Positions 62,499 to 64,000 of a stretch of 64,000 bases of DNA are shown here, one piece after another (positions within the stretch are counted from its first letter, which is position 1; every line of letters starts with the position of its first letter). The notes under the pieces were generated by a model. The model was not told the DNA's origin, ran no database searches, and was given only the letters and a program-made list of their open reading frames with translations. This DNA comes from an uncultured Actinomycetes bacterium (GTDB lineage: Bacteria; Actinomycetota; Acidimicrobiia; Acidimicrobiales; AC-9): the NCBI GenBank assembly GCA_963731255.1, contig CAVSUO010000008.1, positions 304,090 through 368,089 of the forward strand, given 5' to 3'. Position numbers and translations under genes: made by a program.

Positions 62499-63696
62499 GT
62501 GCTGCGCTTCCTCACCGCCGGCGAGTCCCACGGAAAGGCGCTCGTCGTCATCGTCGAGGGGCTGCCGGCCGGGCTGCCGCATCACGGTGGAGGACGTGCA
62601 GGGCGAGCTGGCCCGGCGCCGGCTCGGGTACGGCCGGGGCCCGCGGATGCGCTTCGAGGAGGACGAGGTGACCCTGCTCGGCGGCATCCGCCACGGCCGG
62701 ACCCTCGGCTCGCCCGGTGGCCATCGAGATCGCCAACACCGAGTGGCCGAAGTGGTCGAGGAGATGTCGCCCGCGCCCGGGCGCGCCGCGAGGGTGCTGA
62801 CCCAGCCCCGGCCCGGCCACGCCGACCTGGCCGGGATGCAGAAGTACGGCTTCGACGACGCCCGCGACGTGCTCGAGCGGGCGTCGGCGCGCGAGACGGC
62901 GGCGCGTGTCGCCGCCGGCGCGCTGCGCCAAGGCGCTGCTCGCCCGCCTCGGCGTCGACGGTCCTCAGCCACGTGGTGGCCGCTCGGGCGCGGTCGAGGC
63001 GCGAGTCGGAGCCCGGCCCGAGCCGCGGCGACCTCGCGCGAGTCGACGCCTCGCAGGTGCGGTGCTTCGATCCCGAGGCCGAGGAGGCCATGGTCGCCGA
63101 GGTCAAGGCGGCGGCCAAGGTCGGGCGACTCGCTGGGAGGAGAGGCCGAGGTGCTGGCCTACGGCGTGCCGGTCGGGCTCGGGAGCCACGTGCACTGGGA
63201 CCGCAAGCTCGACGGCCTCCTCGCCCAGGCCTGATGAGCATCCAGGCCGTGAAGGCCGTCGGGATCGGCGACGGCGCCGACCTGGCCGGCCGGCGGGGCT
63301 CGGAGGCCCACGACGCCATCGCCTGGGACGCCGACGCCGGCGACGTACCGGCGCGAGACCACGCGGGCCGGCGGGATCGAGGGCGGCATGTCGACCGGGC
63401 GAGCCTCCTGGTGGCCCGGGTGGCCATGAAGCCGCTGGCCACGCTCAACCGCCCCGTGCTCAAGACGGTCGACGTGGTCGACGAAGGAGGAGACGGTCTC
63501 GTTCAAGGAGCGCACCGACGTCACCGCCGTGCCGGCCATGGGCGTGGTGGCCGAGACGATGGTCGCGCTGACGCTGGCCGGCGAGGCGCTGCGCAAGTTC
63601 GGCGGCGACTCGCTGGCCGAGGTCGTGCGCAACCGCGACGCCTACGTGGCCACCCTGAGGGAGCCGGTGTCGGAGGTCGGCACCCGAGATGGCTGA
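62499..63696 (+). pseudogene. aroC: Chorismate synthase, heavily frame-disrupted
   Basis: VLRFLTAGESHGKALV (ORF 62490), RRRLGYGRG.RM and RPGHADLAG..KYG, SARETAARVAAGA (ORF 62587), with later segments in other frames. The stop overlaps the aroK ATG. Confidence 0.8.
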
Positions 63697-64000
63697 GCAC
63701 ATCTTCATCGTCGGCATGATGGGAGCGGGAAAGACGACGGTCGGACGGCTCCTCGCCGAGCGGCTCGGGTGGCGTCATCTCGACAGCGACGAGCAGGTGG
63801 GACGCGACACCGGGCAGACGGTTCCGGAGATCTTCGCCGACCGTGGCGAGCCTGCGTTCCGGGCCGCTGAGAAGCGCGCGCTCGCCGCCGCCGCCGTCAG
63901 CTGACACGCCGACGGTGGTGTCCGTGGCGGGCGGCGCCGTGCTCGATCCGGACAACCGCCGCGTGCTGCGGCGCAATGGCGCCGTCGTGTGGCTGCGGGC
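63689..64000 (+). pseudogene. aroK: Shikimate kinase; frameshift at about 63900, and truncated by the window end
   Basis: IFIVGMMGAGKTTVGRLLA (P-loop) and DSD. After the ORF stop at 63904 the homologous frame continues (VSVAGGAVLDPDNRR). Confidence 0.8.

Overview
High-GC, actinobacterial-type core chromosome; this is my inference from gene content (DivIVA/SepF division genes, type-2 IleS, the proteasome activator Bpa, several actinobacterial DUF families). No database search was possible. Gene order: a dcw division/cell-wall cluster (ftsI, murE, mraY, murD, ftsW, murG, murC, murB, ftsQ, ftsZ, pgeF, yggS, sepF, yggT, divIVA), a repeat-containing membrane protein, ileS(-), a DksA/TraR zinc-finger gene, lspA, rluD, a sigma-70 family factor(-), ppgK, DUF2630(-), htrA(-), an Rrf2 regulator, bpa, dnaE, a patatin-like lipase, a DUF255 thioredoxin-domain gene(-), tetR/tyrS, HIT, DUF3151, putA, a marR-DUF3224 operon(-), a truncated response regulator(-), flavin reductase, rnd, a GH13 glucosidase(-), ftsH, a divergent clpP / XRE / clpP-like locus, a Cys-rich protein, a CCAEP-tail radical-SAM + ATP-grasp operon(-), nfu, a D,D-carboxypeptidase, prepilin peptidase, aroC and aroK. 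I saw no rRNA, tRNA, CRISPR array, transposase or integrase. Most of the window is ordinary housekeeping and I found no convincing novel multi-gene system. The strongest observations are: (1) many genes have broken reading frames, concentrated in two patches (about 2.1-9.9 kb and 57-64 kb), while long neighbours such as dnaE are intact, which looks like patchy assembly or polishing indels rather than biology; (2) a perfect 30-bp x5 in-frame tandem repeat in the ppgK N-terminus; (3) an accessory ClpP / degenerate ClpP-like / XRE / zinc-ribbon locus; (4) a radical-SAM gene whose CCAEP tail is only visible in a shifted frame, paired with an ATP-grasp gene. Frameshift positions and some start codons are approximate manual calls.
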